Source: Lingula anatina
Taxonomy: Eukaryota > Animalia > Brachiopoda
Assembly: GCA_051362555.1 (NCBI GenBank)
Contig: CM120644.1
Coordinates: 9,556,954 to 9,620,953 of the forward strand
Direction: 5' to 3'
DNA: 64,000 nt
In this document: positions 24,811 through 38,499 of the stretch, piece by piece
Layout: each line of letters opens with the position of its first letter
Position numbering within the stretch: the stretch's first letter is position 1
The notes under the pieces: generated by a model
What the model was told of the DNA's origin: nothing
The model's input: only the letters and a program-made list of their open reading frames with translations
Databases searched by the model: none
Program-made: the position numbers and the translations under genes

Positions 24811-25199
24811 AAGACAGCACTGTTCTGAAATGGGTTTATTTCCACTTTTAACACTTTTTAACATAAAACAAACATTTTACTGCCATTTTTATATGACCAA
24901 CTAAGAAAATCGATGAGATGGGAAAAGTATCAATAGAACAGTGTTAAATGTCCAATTTCCTCCATTCTGAGATTCTGAACATAGTGGATGATTGAATCTG
25001 ACAAACTGCAATGATGTGAGTTTATTTCCATTTTTGACACTTTATTACACAATACATGATAACAAGTTTACCATGTTTTTTACATAATCAACTAACAATG
25101 TTGTAAAGATGCAGGAAATATCAAACAAACACTTTTACGCATCTTATTAGTTCAATAATGAGACTGTTAACATGCCTAATAATTGAATCTGAGGAAATG

Positions 25200-26256
25200 T
25201 GAAAAAACAGTATAACTTCTAAAATAATGGCCCGATTATGCTGATTTTCGAACTCAACCTGCGTTTTAGTAAGATTGACCACTCCTGTGAGTATAATGAC
25301 AATTGGCCAATTGTTTTTTTTTATATTGTGTTATCAGTGTTGCATTTATATTGAAAAAAGTGAAAAAACAGCATAAATTCCCTAAAATAGCCCAATCATG
25401 CTGATTTTCGAACTTGACCTGCGTATTATGAATATTCATCAGTTCTGTAAGTTTCAAGCCAAAATGTAAAATGGTTTTCCACTTATCGTGTTATCGGTGC
25501 TGCACATACAGGTATGCTGCAAAAAGTGAAAAAACAGCATAAATTCCCTAAAATGGCCCAATCATGCTGATTTTCGAACTTGACCTGCGTATTATGAATA
25601 TTCATCAGTTCTGTAAGTTTCAAGCCAAAATGTAAAATGGTTTTCCACTTATCGTGTTATCGGTGCTGCACATACAGGTATGCTGCAAAAAGTGAAAAAA
25701 CAGCATAAATTCCCTAAAAATGGCCCAATCATGCTGATTTTCGAACTTGACCTGCGTATTATGAATATTCGTCAGTTCTGTAACTTCAAGTCAAAAGGTA
25801 AAATGGTTTTCCACTTATCGTGTTATCGGTGCTGCACATACAGGTATGCTGCAAAAAGTGAAAAAACAGCATAAATTCCCTAAAAATGGCCCAATCATGC
25901 TGATTTTCGAACTTGACCTGTGTATTATGAATATGCATCAGTTCTGTAAGTTTCAAGCCAAAAGGTTAAAATGGTATTTCACTTATTGTGTTATCGGTGT
26001 TGCATATATGCTGAAAAAAAAAAGAAAAAAAAAACAGCATAACTTCCCTAAAAATGACCCAATCATGCTGATTTTCGAACTTGGCCTGCAGATTATGAAT
26101 ATTCATCAGTTCTGCAAGTTTCAAGTCAAAAGGTAAAATGGTTTTCCACTTATCGTGTTATCGGTAAAAGTGCACGGCGACGGCGACGACGGCGACGGCG
26201 ACGACAGACGCAGATGACGGCTATATGTACAGACACATCTGTGTCTGTACATAAAA
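25200..26256 (+). repeat. 166-bp tandem array ending in a microsatellite-like tract and hairpin (Helentron-associated/HINE-like)
   Basis: atgctgcaaaaagtgaaaaaacagc at 25514, 25680, 25846; then gacggcgac repeats and the hairpin tatgtacagacaca-tc-tgtgtctgtacata followed by aaaa. Confidence 0.8.
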
Positions 26257-26532
26257 ATGAGACAAAGCAGGCACGTAGATGTTTTTACATTGTACGTTAT
26301 AATTGTGTACCTGTGTTTTGTACAAAAAATAAAAACAGGTCATTTTATTGTCTTTTCATGCAAGAATGTTGTCTAACAACTGGGGTTGATACAATATTGT
26401 TATCTGACGTTGATACAGCGTTGTTATTTGACGTTGAACCAACTTTCAAATCCAATGTTAATCCAACGTCTTGTCAACGTTATAGTTCAACATTGTGTCA
26501 ACGTTGAAACAACATAATTTTCCCGCTGGGAA

Positions 26533-27420
26533 GGGTCCATTCTTGGGCCACCTATGTTTATTCTCTTAAAAAGTGATCGCCCACTCAACATTGAACATGC
26601 TGGAAATGTAAATGGCTTAGCATAATTTGACAATATAGCAGCTAAAACAACTTCTGAACTAAACCAAAATCCAAAATGTGATATAGAAAATGTTACAAAA
26701 TGGTGTAAAAATTACGAAATGGTTGCCAATGTCAAAAAAACAAATATATGCCAAATATGTCGAGACAAAAAGTGAAACACCTATCTTAAAACAGTAAAAA
26801 TAACAAGTAATTTAACTGGAGGGCTGCTTATTCATGTGGGCTCTGAAATCCTACTAGGAGTTATATTTATGTGATGACCTATCATGGAATCTTCACATAC
26901 AAAAAATTAGAAAGATAATGGACAGTATACTCGCACTTTTAAGGAAAAAAACTATCTGCCAGTAAAACACGAAAACTGTGTTACCCCTCACCATGTCTAG
27001 ATCTACTGCTCCAAGGAAGGAGGTAGTAGTCCAAAAAATTATGAATTATGAAAATGCCGCAAGCGTGCATCTAGATTAATCTATGATATACCAGAAATGG
27101 ATACAAAATCCTCTTTTAATCATTTTACAAAATTAAACTGGCTCGCCATTTATGAAAGAATATATTAAATTTTGATTAAAAAAATGAGAATTTTACTGTT
27201 GTTATTGTTTACATCTGTACATACGTTTTAATTTTATTTGACAGATTTATATGTATGTCAGTTATATTGACATTTTGAGAGCCTTAACATAATATTATGA
27301 TATTTCTATTTAATAGTTGTTGAATTTATAAAATTTACTAATCCCATGAGGGCCAAAGGAAATTAAGAAAAATTAAAATTTACCATGTTTTTACCCTCAG
27401 TAAAAAATAAAATAAAAGTG
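26533..27420 (+). mobile_element. Highly degenerate CR1/L2-type LINE 3' fragment
   Basis: GSILGPPMFIL, LLGVIF, LSWNLHIQKI, KLNWL remnants; A-rich end. Confidence 0.6.
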
Positions 27421-27745
27421 ATTTATACGGGTTACCGGGGATCCACGCTCAGCCAACGCTCGGTTTAAAAGTACCCTTGAAGAACAAATTAGGTTAGCAC
27501 CCAAACCCACTCACTCTGGCAAGCGTTAGTCTACCCTTGACAGCTTGGCTCAGAGAGCGAGAAAATTCAGATTAAAACCTCATTTACCTATTAACAGTTC
27601 GACCAAAATTGTTTAATGCCAATAATATTCTTTTTTTTTAGTTGGGAAGAATGGAGACAGTAAAATCGTATAGAAAAGTCCATTCAGACATTTTTCATGT
27701 GAAATGCAGACTAGTCGTTAAACTGTGAAAGAAGACAATTCCTAT

Positions 27746-28385
27746 TACCCCCGCCACTTATTCGGAATCAGCAGGAATGAAGAAGAATGAGACTAAACGA
27801 AGAATTTTAAAATTCGCACCACATTCGAGAAAAATTGGCCTTAATAATTGTAAGAGAACCGTTGGAATACTCAGAATGCGCTTGAATTCGCCTGGAACTT
27901 TCGACTGTATACGCTCTCAAAAGCAGTTCGAATGTAGTTGGAAAACTAGGAATATTTACAATGCTGCAAGAAGGCAGTAATAATATTTAGAATATACCTT
28001 GAGTAGTGAATTTCGATTGCTGGCAACATTAATATTTCAGCTCATCCGAGGCACATTCGAAACATTCTGGCGGGATATAAAATCCCCGTCACACTAGAGG
28101 CGGAATGATTAAGAATGGCGTCTGAAATATGATTCTTTGTGCATTCCAGGATATTCGAATAGCATTCTAAAAACATTCTAAAAATTCTGAGTGCATTCCA
28201 AATATTTTTACCCATTCTTGTGACCGGCTCCAATGTTTTTGTCATGTCAAAAACTTTCGAAATGCATTCCAAGAGGAAATTTATCGCAATATCCCTACAG
28301 TATTCCAAGAATATTTAGAATGCAGTCATAGTTCAGTTAGAATACTGTTCAAATGCCATTCGATAAATTTCCACTTGGAATGCAC
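27746..28385. mobile_element. Partial, rearranged second copy of the GAATG-rich MITE at 13720
   Basis: cacttattcggaatcagc..gaagaattttaaaattcgcaccacattcg and gttagaatac..aatgccattcgat..tttccactt shared with 13732-14270. Confidence 0.65.
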
Positions 28386-29559
28386 AAGGCCATCTGGTCG
28401 GAACAATATAATCTGGACCAACTCCTCCAAACTCTTTATTGAGAATGTGACAATATCCCACAAAACAAAAGTGTTACTCTTCTTGAAGGCAAGGCGCGCT
28501 GCTTACGCGGAGATAATTGCACTACACTGCAATGTTGCTATGGCGGGCGTAAGGTACCCTAGGTGCTAGATTCCGGTATTGCCAGCCCGATATGGATTTC
28601 ATATATAACCCATGTCGCAATACCAGGCTCTAGTGCACAGCGGCCATGTTAGGTTCCCGTCAATCAAATAGAACGGCTCCGCAGTGAATCTGCAATTGAA
28701 TGTCATCAGACCAAAATGAAACGTAAGACAGATTTAATTCTGCTTTATTTAATTTTATTTGCAGCATTTAAGATATGTAAAGTGAGAAATAAATAATATG
28801 TTTCTTAAAGTAAAAGGTATATCCAATGTTTTGTATTTTTTGCTTATCAAAGAACATTTAGTCCTGAGATAATAAAAACACAATACACGTGCTTGCCTTG
28901 TGCCAAGTTTGACAGCTACACTGGATGCCCGATACCACTATAAGGGCTGCGCAATGGCTACACCAAAATCAGTTTTTAAAGCAGAATGTTGATATTATTG
29001 TGGCACTGACCTTCGACTGCAAGATATTTTCAATTCAAACTTCTAAATCCGCGCCAGACACTTTGATTCCTGTCTCGTTTGCACGAGATTATGTGGGCGC
29101 AAGGCGGCGAAAGGCAGCTCCAGGCGGTTAAACCTGTGACGTACGAGCCTTATGACTTCCAAATATGGATCCAGGCGGACACAGCTGTGACGTGTGACTT
29201 CCAAATATGGAGGCGCCCCAGGCAAAATTTTGAAGAAGAACGCCCCCAGATTGTCGCTGTTCGTCAGAGCTAGTGAAAGTGACTCCAAGGCATATTAAAT
29301 ATAAACAAACTAACTTTCACGTTGCTCTGACACTCAGGGTAGCGTAAGGCCGGTCACAGGGACATTCCGCCTCCCAAAGATATGATGAAATGTGAGAGTT
29401 TTACGCATACCAGAAGTGCAAAAAAGTACCGGTGAGTTTAGGAACTGTGAATGATATACTCTAGAATATTTGGATGAACAAAACTTATATGTAGCAAACA
29501 ACCCATTGAACTCAAGGACAGCCCAAATTTTCGTTGATTCCGTCATGGCGAAGGGTCAC

Positions 29560-30140
29560 CCAAAAGAAGTAATGACCACTGTTCCACCTTGGGGCACTAT
29601 ACCTATCATCGCAAATTGACTATATAAAACAGGCTACCACAGGATACCATGGAGACACGCGACATTGTACAGCAGTTGTCAAACCGCGTTTGCCAGTTAG
29701 AAAAAGATAAACAGTCATTAAACAATACCATCGATCATCTGGTCACAGATAATGAGAAACTGATAATCTCTGACTCTTTGACAGACTCTCTGGACAGCAA
29801 CGATATCTTGAAAATGAAGAAAGAGAGCGGAATGTCATTGTATTAAACCTGTCAGAGGATGCTGCATCGAGATAAAGTCAAACTGGCGTCAGTATTCAAA
29901 GAAATAAAAGTTGGAAATGTTAAAATCGGCTCTTTTAAGCGTTTAAATGAACGTAATGACGGAACGGCGCGACCGTACTTGGTGTCGGTAGAATCTTCAT
30001 CAAAGAGGAAGGAAATACTGATGACCGCATCCACATTGCAACACTATTCAAAATTCTCAAATGTTCGCCTGAAAAGAGATGAACACCCTCCGATTCGTAA
30101 GATTATTTGCAGCAGAGGCGGAGGGGGAAAAAACAAGAGT
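29560..30140 (+). mobile_element. LINE ORF1-like remnant (CR1/L2/Jockey type)
   Basis: Coiled coil LSNRVCQLEKDKQSL, then KRLNERNDGTARPYLVSVESSSKRKEILMTASTL..VRLKRDEHPPIRK. Confidence 0.55.
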
Positions 30141-31454
30141 ACGTTGGACACAATATTTATTAAAATATTTATTTAAAGGTCCGCACAGTGCTAAGGGATA
30201 CTTGCGTAATTGACCAGTTTGCGATTCAGGATTTTTGATAAGCGAGCAGAAACAATCAATTTTAATTTTTTCATGATATATTTATGGTGTGACGTGGGAG
30301 TATAAGTGATGACGCAAAGCCCCTTGAGATACAGTTTAAATATTTATAAAAACGTCCTCATGTCATGTCTAATTTACCATGACTGAACCACTAAAAATAT
30401 ATATCGGAACGCGGCATAAAAAGAAAATTAGATGGCAAGAACATACGTTACCGTATGGTTTTTAGAACATACGTTACCATATAGGGCTCTTTGCGTAATG
30501 TTAAAGACATGGTAAAATTTAAAAATTGAATTTCAGTTGAGACAGTCGTGGATTTATGTTCTATACACATACATGTTTTGAAATATTGTATACAATTTTG
30601 AATTAATTCATTTTTATTTTTTGACACTTCAGCATGTGAAATGCACCTCTATATTGGGTTTGGGTGATAAATGATGATCTGCGTGAAAAGTTGAAATGAT
30701 TCAAATTTATATATATACATGTATACTGAAGTCTAAAGTGGTGAAAACTAAAAATTGAAGAACGCAATTAAAAAGCTATAAAGTGTTAATGTATAGGTGC
30801 GAATAGTTACCTAATTGTTTATAGCATGAAGACTGGACAAAATCTCATGTATTCCTTAACCCGAATTTACTATAATTATATGTCAATTGATATTTGTTTA
30901 ATGTTTGTGTGCGTGGGTCACGAGAGTGAGTGGACAGTGGTATGTTCGTCCTCCATACATATGCACTTAAGTCTGTATGCGTGAGAGTTTGAGTGACTTC
31001 ATGTTATTTTTGTTATGCTGCATCACACTTGTCGTTCTTTGTACAGACACATATGTGTCTGCAGATATAACTGCTATTTGTGTCGGCCGTCGTCATTGGT
31101 ATTATAACACGGTAATGTTAAACGATTTGTTTCTGTCTTTAAGTCACATTCACAATCACGGAAGAGAAACCAAAATTAGAAACAAAAATCTCGGTATAGT
31201 AATTTATTTAAGTAATTGAAAATACGACCCTTTCGGTTGACAGAAAATGGAAACTCGGTGCCGTCTCTAAATCGCAGAAATTCCTTGGGTCTCATTTAAG
31301 TCATTTCGCTTCTTTGATCTCTTCCACCCAAAACAGTCACTACACCTGGGAAAATTTTAGTTGAGGCCAATCCCAGGTCCGAGCGTTATGTAACCTTCCT
31401 ACCCGGAGAACATATCCGTGTTCAGGGCAACTATGAAATGTAATATAGTCCCTG

Positions 31455-34400
31455 TGTAACATGAAAATCTGACTCCCATGAAAATCTGACTCCCCCCATG
31501 AAAATGTAACTCCCCCTCCACAAAACTTCATACATATTATTTTATTTGAGTATATGACTGTGATCTTGTAGTATGTCAAATGGAGGATACATTGTCACTT
31601 TTTCGTAGTTTGCAGGTGAACGATTTCATGAAAAAATAAGAAAATTAAAAATGGGCACATAATGAAAATCTGACTCCCCCTCCACAAAACTTCATAAATC
31701 TTATTTTATTTTGGGTATATGACTATGATCAACACATTTCCTTAACTTTTACTACATGAAGATTATATTGGAAAAATTTAAAAGTTTGATGGTAAAATAT
31801 TGGGTGAAAAAACAAAACAAAAAAAAAAAAAAAACATGAAAAATAAGAAAATAAAAAATTTGCATTTTATCAACCAATGACTCCCCAATGAAAAAGCTAT
31901 CTATTTGATATTTGATGATCATTTCAACACTTTTTCTTTTAGGTTACTTTATGAAAAATATATTGGAAATGTTTAAAAGTTTGATGATAAAATAGTGAGT
32001 GAAAGCATGAAAAAGAAATCATGAAAATCTTTATTTTTACACCCATGAGATTTGGACTCCCATGGAGAAAAGGACCTATTTTATATCCAGTCACCATACC
32101 ACAGTTTTCCACATAGTTTGCATAGAGATACAGCAAATATCTCCGGAGATCTATCAATGACCGCACTTAAATTATCTTTAGCGGGGCAAATGATGCACAT
32201 ACAAATATTTTTTACATGTGGACAATCCCAAAAAACGTACAGAATATTTTCTCTAGCAGTATTGCAAAATTCTCAAATTCATAAGATAAACATAAGTATT
32301 GAATATTCTATGGTTTATTCTGAATTGGAGCAACTTCATTTTCTTGTGATCTGTTTCTTAAATATTAGTTCCCAATTATTAGTACTCAAGTTTTTTTTTG
32401 ATATGTCTGCAACTCACTCACACCTTTATCTGGTGATATTATACGGCTTTGGAGGATTTTTTGCGAAAAAATATCTGGATGGTTTGGTAACTAGGTTAAT
32501 TGAGTCAATTATTTCTTGGAATGCTATGAGTAATTTCCTTCCATGGGAAGAGATAGCCGTTCAGATGGTAAGCTATTTGGAAGCTGAATTAACCCAGAAA
32601 GTTGGTGTTAAGGTTGATTTTTTGTTGAGTTCCTCTAGACAGAGGGGATTTCAAATGTCATTTATAATATCATTGATGTAAAAAAAACATTTTTACACCA
32701 TCTTTTCTTTCAATTTTTGAGTTTTGACATAATGGTTGTGATAGGATTTCATACATCTTTTGTAACTACCGATTCCTGGCATTTTGCCGAGAAAAACGCT
32801 CTCCACTTACTCTTATTTTCTTCATAAAGAAGTCTTTAAAGCCATGTTAAAGCAATAATTACTCTTCCTTTGAGATTCAAAATTCCGCAAGAAATACATT
32901 GTAAACAACGCCTGGAAATATATTCTATTGCATTTTCCCACTAAAACGACTGTTACTGTAGTAAAACTAAGATCTGTGCTTGTCACTTTAAGTTTAGGGC
33001 CTTGGTAAAATTTTTATTTGTGGTACCTTTTACCGTCCATTTTTGTAATCAGACGCAATCCTTGCTCATTTTATTTTGTGTCTTTTCCCATTCCTGATAA
33101 GTTTAAATATGATATGCATATTTTTAAGTATTGAGGGAGGGGGGGGGCTGGTAGGGGAGTTTGTACATGCACTACGTAAGATGAGATATACTAAAGGTTT
33201 AACCACTGTTGACTTTTCTATTATTGAAAGGTTTCTCAGAGACCATATTTCCAAGATATTTTTCATTTTGTTCAAAATTTTTCTAAAAAGTTTTTTCACA
33301 TAGTATTTTGTCAGTTTCCATTCTCTACCAAGTAACTTAAATACATCTGCATGGTTTTATTTTAATTCTTTTTGTTAATCAATGAAGTTCAAAACTTTCT
33401 GTTCACACCCAAAGGCTGTTAGATGCCATATCTTACTTCCAACAAGGCTGCTCTACATCAATATTAGAGTATTCTTGCGAGATGAACATATTTGAATCAG
33501 CACTACGGTGCCATGTCATCAGATACCATGTGCTATATTATAGATCTGCCTTACTTAATTAACCTTTTTCATCTTTTGCGGAAATACGAAGTGCGCATGA
33601 CAGGAACCGCGCGCCACAGGGGTCATGGTGGTCCTCTGCTGTTTCCAGCATGGCAATGCTAGGTGTAGATGATGTACAAGGTGCGCATATAAAAAGGTCG
33701 TTCGAAGCGTGCACTGCTTTCTGTCAAACTAAAAAGGTGGCTGAAGCACAGAAATGCGTAAACTGTAGGCAAGAAACAGCTATTTGGACGGAGAATCAAG
33801 CAATTAAATTTTTTTTTCTCAGTTTAAATACGATGCGCTTTACAACTAGACTTCACCTAAGCGTCCGAGCCTTGGCTGCACTTTCAATAGTGATGACGAA
33901 CTAAAGCTACGGAGTTCTTTTAAATGCTTCCGATAATAAAGATATGCGAAAGAGACTCGTTATTTTATATATATATAAAATCAAAATAGCCAGTAGACTC
34001 GTACACAGCTTTCAAGAGTGTGGACAGGTGCGCAGGCCTACGTCTTCACAATTTTGTACATGTTGTATGCAAGCTGTGGCGATATAACCTCATGTACCGG
34101 CAGTGTCAATTCATTACGATTTTTATATCTTGTTTGCAGGATATCTTAAGAGATTTTTAAAGTGATAAAATGAAAAGATTTCCTGCATTGTTTGACTCGT
34201 AACTACTGTGTATACAGGTAAAACTGACACGCAGATCGTTCGTCGGTGAACTGTTTAATCGTTTGGTACCTGATAAGGCATCAGGTGTTACTTGTTCGAC
34301 CTTTCCTCTGTAATTAAAACCTTTTAAGTGTTAAATAGGTGAGACAGGAATTCTCGACTCTTTCCCAGACGATAATTAAAGTTTACCGTGTCTTACTCTA

Positions 34401-36832
34401 GAGTATATGTACAAAATTTACGACAGGTAAAAAATGTCAGCCTTTCGGTCTGACAAGTATGAAAATTTTGTCAATCTGAAACAAAAACAAAATTATAGCA
34501 AGAGCCCAAATTATTTGATTTTTAAACGTTTTTATGCGTATTTTCATCGTTTTCAATCACAGACAATTAAAACATTCAAATAAAGTGTTTCCCACACATT
34601 TCATACTTATCAACTATCTAAGACAGTTAAATATACGTAGGCCTACTTTAATACTAAGCATATTTGTATTACTTTTTACCCCCGAGTTCTATTTGCCGAT
34701 AGTTCGTTATATACGTTGTTTAACTAAGCATTTCTGTTTTTTATTAAAGCACCGTTGATCTCCTAATATTATAGTTTTTCTTCCCGCCTTCGAAATGTTC
34801 AGCGCAAACGCGGTTCCCTGCTTTTGATCCAAACTTGCTATATTTTCCTTTCTTTCTACCATATTTTTCATTCTAACGGGTTTGTTGGGAACTTATTAAA
34901 CCTCATGTGTCGATCTCGCTTACTGTTATTGTAGTAGCGGGACAAAAAGCACGTAAACCCAGCCATGGTTTTAAGCACCGCATTAAGTGTTTCGACGTAG
35001 CAGGGCTCCCCTACCCACAATGCAATTTCCATTTCCGGAAAAGATGAAAAAGGCTAATAGACTAAAGCAACTTTAAGTGCTTGTTGCTAGGGTAATATGC
35101 TGCCTAGCAATCGTGGCTAAGGTTTATTTGGGTTTTAATTGCCTTAAAATAGTCTTGTGATAGTTCTGATGCCCTGAAACATAGTTATTAGCATTTCTAA
35201 ACCATTTAAACTGGACAAGAAAGGTCTAATTAGCTTGTTACTAAGGAGATTCACTTCCATAGCAACGGTTGCTAAGCAACGCCTTGAAATTTTGGGCACT
35301 TCCCTTGAAAATGATCAGCATAGACCAAAGAACATTTGTGCCAAGTTTCATGCTTTTTTTACATTTTGAGCAATTTGGCCAAAATATATAGCACCAGTCA
35401 TCCAGACTTGGTTAATTGCAATTAGGTAGCTGCCAGGGCTGTGACGTGTTTGGTGGAAGCCTTGTGATCTCAAGTTGATTGCAAAAAATTTTACCCACAA
35501 AAATTTTAATATTCCAAATATGTTCTCCATAGGAAAACTAAAAAGTAGAAACATTTAAATGTGTGCTAAATATGAAACAAGTGCTTTTAACTAGGAGAGT
35601 CAAAATCCTACGGGTACAAGAATGCAAATATATTATTCATTTTTCATTTATTTTCACGCAGTATGTTACCATAAAACTTTTGAATATTTCCCATAAATAA
35701 AGTATCTTAAAAGAAAAGCTGTCAGAATGATTATCAAATATCAAATAAATAGCTTTTTCTCCATAAGAAAACTAAAAAGTAGAAACATTTAAATGTGTGC
35801 TAAATATGAAATAAGTGCTTTTAACTAGGGGAGTCAAAATCCTACGGGTACAAGAATGCAAATATATTATCCATTTTTCATTTATTTTCACGTATTATTT
35901 TACCATAAAACTTTTACATATTTCCCATAAATAAAGTATCCTAAATGAAAAGCTGTCAGAATGATCATCAAATATCAAATAAATAGCTTTTACATAGGAG
36001 AGTCATTGGGTGTTAGAATACAAATCCTTCATTTTTCTTATTTTCATGTGTTTTATTATTTTTTTCTCTCAATTTTTTAACCATGTGCACATTTTTAATT
36101 TTCTTATTTTTTCATAAACATTTTCACCTGCAAACGACAAAAAAGTGTCAATGTATCCTCCATTTCACATACTACAAGAGCACAGTCATCTACTCAAAAT
36201 AAAATAAGATGTATGGAGTTTTGTGGAGGGGGAGTCAAAATTTTCATGGGGGAGTCAGACTTTCATTGTGTGCTCATTTTTAAGTTTCTTACTTTTTCAT
36301 GAAAATTTTCACCTGCAAACTGCAAAAAATGTGCCAATGTATCCTCCATTTTACAAACTACAAGATCACAGTCATATACTCAAAATAAAATAAGATTTAT
36401 GAAGTTTTGTGGAGGGGGAGTCAAATTTTCATGGGGGAACCAGATTTTTATTACGTGCACATTTTTAATTTTCTTATTTTTTCATGAAAATATTCACTGC
36501 GAACTATAAAAAATGTGCCAATGTATCATCCATTTTACATACTACAAGATCACAGTCATATACTCAAATAAAATGAGATTAATGAATGTTTTTTGTGGGG
36601 GAGTCAAATTGTCATGGGGGAACCACATTTTTATTATGTGCACATTTTTTAATTTTCTTTTTTTTAATGAAAATTTTCTCTTGCCAACTAAAAAAAGTGC
36701 CAATGTATCCTCCATTATGTATACTAAAAGATCACAGTCATTTACTCAAATAAAATGAGATTAATGAAAGTTTTCATAATGAAATTCTGACTGGGGAGTC
36801 ACATTTTAGGGGAGTCACATTTTCATGGTACA
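31455..36832. mobile_element. Ginger-like non-autonomous DNA transposon inserted in the 5' LTR
   Basis: TIRs tgtaacatgaaaatctgactccc / gggagtcacattttcatggtaca; CCTG TSD; the 3' LTR shows the empty site tagtccctgcattt; internal ~185-bp and 234-bp repeats at 35500-36780. Confidence 0.8.
32050..33330 (-). mobile_element. L1/Tx1 ORF2 3' fragment nested in the Ginger-like element
   Basis: KMKNILEIWSLRNLSIIEKSTVVKPL..IFKLIRNGKRHKIK; C-terminal FWDCPHVK-like remnant near 32210. Confidence 0.7.
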
Positions 36833-37141
36833 CCTGCATTTAGTTTTATCATACTTCCTATTAATCATGTATGTTACCTTTAGTTCCTTTATTATTGCTA
36901 TAAATTACACACATTTAGTAATAGTTATTGGGCACGCAGGACTTAGAACGATTACCTATAAAATGAGGGTTTCTCAGTAGAGAGACAAGAGAGACCCCGG
37001 GAGATCGTCGTGACTGTCCCTGCCTGCGTGCCAGATTGTAGCCCGTCAGCAAATAAAGATCTTCATGAGCTACCATTGATGTCTTCGGTGTTTTCAAGTT
37101 TGCTACTCGCTCAGAATTAAGTACCCAACCGGGTTACAAGG

Positions 37142-37151
37142 TGGTGGAGAA
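37142..37151 (+). promoter_or_regulatory. Primer-binding site, tRNA-Ala-like
   Basis: TGGTGGAGAA 3 nt after the LTR end; complementary to the 3' end ..UUCUCCACCA of eukaryotic tRNA-Ala. Confidence 0.7.
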
Positions 37152-37506
37152 CACGGTTGATTCCTTCTCTCGCAGCCGAGCCAACAGCAACGTCCCCGCA
37201 TGTTTTCATGAGGCCGTCAGCAAATACCAGGCACAAAAAGGCAGGTGAGTCACGTACGTTGATTCCTGTTAAAGAGCCAACGTCTCCACCGTCGGCGCGC
37301 ACCTCACCGACTTCTTCTCGCTCTGCTTCAACAGCGTTATCGCAACTCAACGATACCACCGACCCCACAGTCATTCAGCCTTTAGACAGCAGCGTTTCCG
37401 ACACTGAGAGCTCCACGCGCGCAGATTCTGCCAGAAATTCACCAATTCCCCCTCGTCCCTCACCGCCTGCCCACGCAATAATAATAAGCCGGCTGATTTG
37501 CACTTG

Positions 37507-38425
37507 ATGCCTGAGAAATTCACAGGCTCAACCCATGAAGATTACAATCGATGGCTAGCCCATTTTAAAAATTACGCAGCATACAGAGAGTTGTCGGACG
37601 AACAACAACGTTCGTCATTCCCTCTATTGTTGTGTGGGGCTGCCCTTGATTGGTATGATACACTACCAGAAGAGCACCGCCGGGACATGACAACAATAGA
37701 ATTGGCCTTTACCCGTCGCTTTCGGCCAACTGAAAGCGCAAAGTGGGTAGCAGTGTCCAATCTTTTTCACCAAATTCGATCTCCGTCCCAACCAGTCCAG
37801 GACTATATCGCAGAAATGCGACGAGAGGCGGCTGGAGTTCAATTGCCAGAAGAACAGGCAATTCAAGCCATTTTACACGGGCTGCTGCCTAAAGTGTAGC
37901 GCAACATGAGCCCCATACCTTCGAAGAACTCATCGCACGCGCACGCCAGGCGGAAACAGCCACTCAGCCTTCATCGTTGCCATCCGCCACGTTAACGGCC
38001 CTAAGCACGCAATTGTCCGAAATCAAGGAAAAGATTTCACAACTGTCCACTTCCCCCCCAACACCAGCCACGGTAACTCCTGCGCAGCCCACGGCGACAT
38101 ACCCCTAGAACCCCAATTTTCAGCGCCAACCCCCCTCTTATCATTTTCAGAACGCGTACCCTGAGTACACTCCACACGGGCAATTCCAGCAGCCACGCCG
38201 CGCTGACCATGAACCTCAACCTACTCGATTCCAGGGACGTTCTGGAGCCAGACAGCTGGGTCGCAGAAGAACAGACAATTTGCCATGAATCAAGAGACAC
38301 CAAGATGTAACGGCTGTGGTATGTCGCATTTACGTAAATTTTGCCTCGCTTCTCAATTAACGTGTAGAAATTGCGGTAGAATTGGTCATTTAGCTAGGGT
38401 CTGCCGTTCTGGTAGGCGCCAATGA
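37507..38425 (+). pseudogene. gag: Gypsy gag (stops/frameshifts)
   Basis: MPEKFTGSTHEDYNRWLAHFKNYA..GAALDWY; knuckles CNGCGMSHLRKFC and CRNCGRIGHLARVC at ~38306-38410. Confidence 0.88.
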
Positions 38426-38499
38426 CGGTTAAAATCACGAAAAAACGAAAAGGCTGTCGGTACACTTTCAAATTCTGTTAAACAAAATTCTATTTTTAT

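Larger units (their letters stand above)
21430..26530. mobile_element. Non-autonomous CACTA/EnSpm-like element (CCCAGC termini)
   Basis: cccagcagggataatg / cataattttcccgctggg; AA on both flanks (2-bp TSD); subterminal caacgttg/gacgttga repeats at both ends. Confidence 0.75.
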
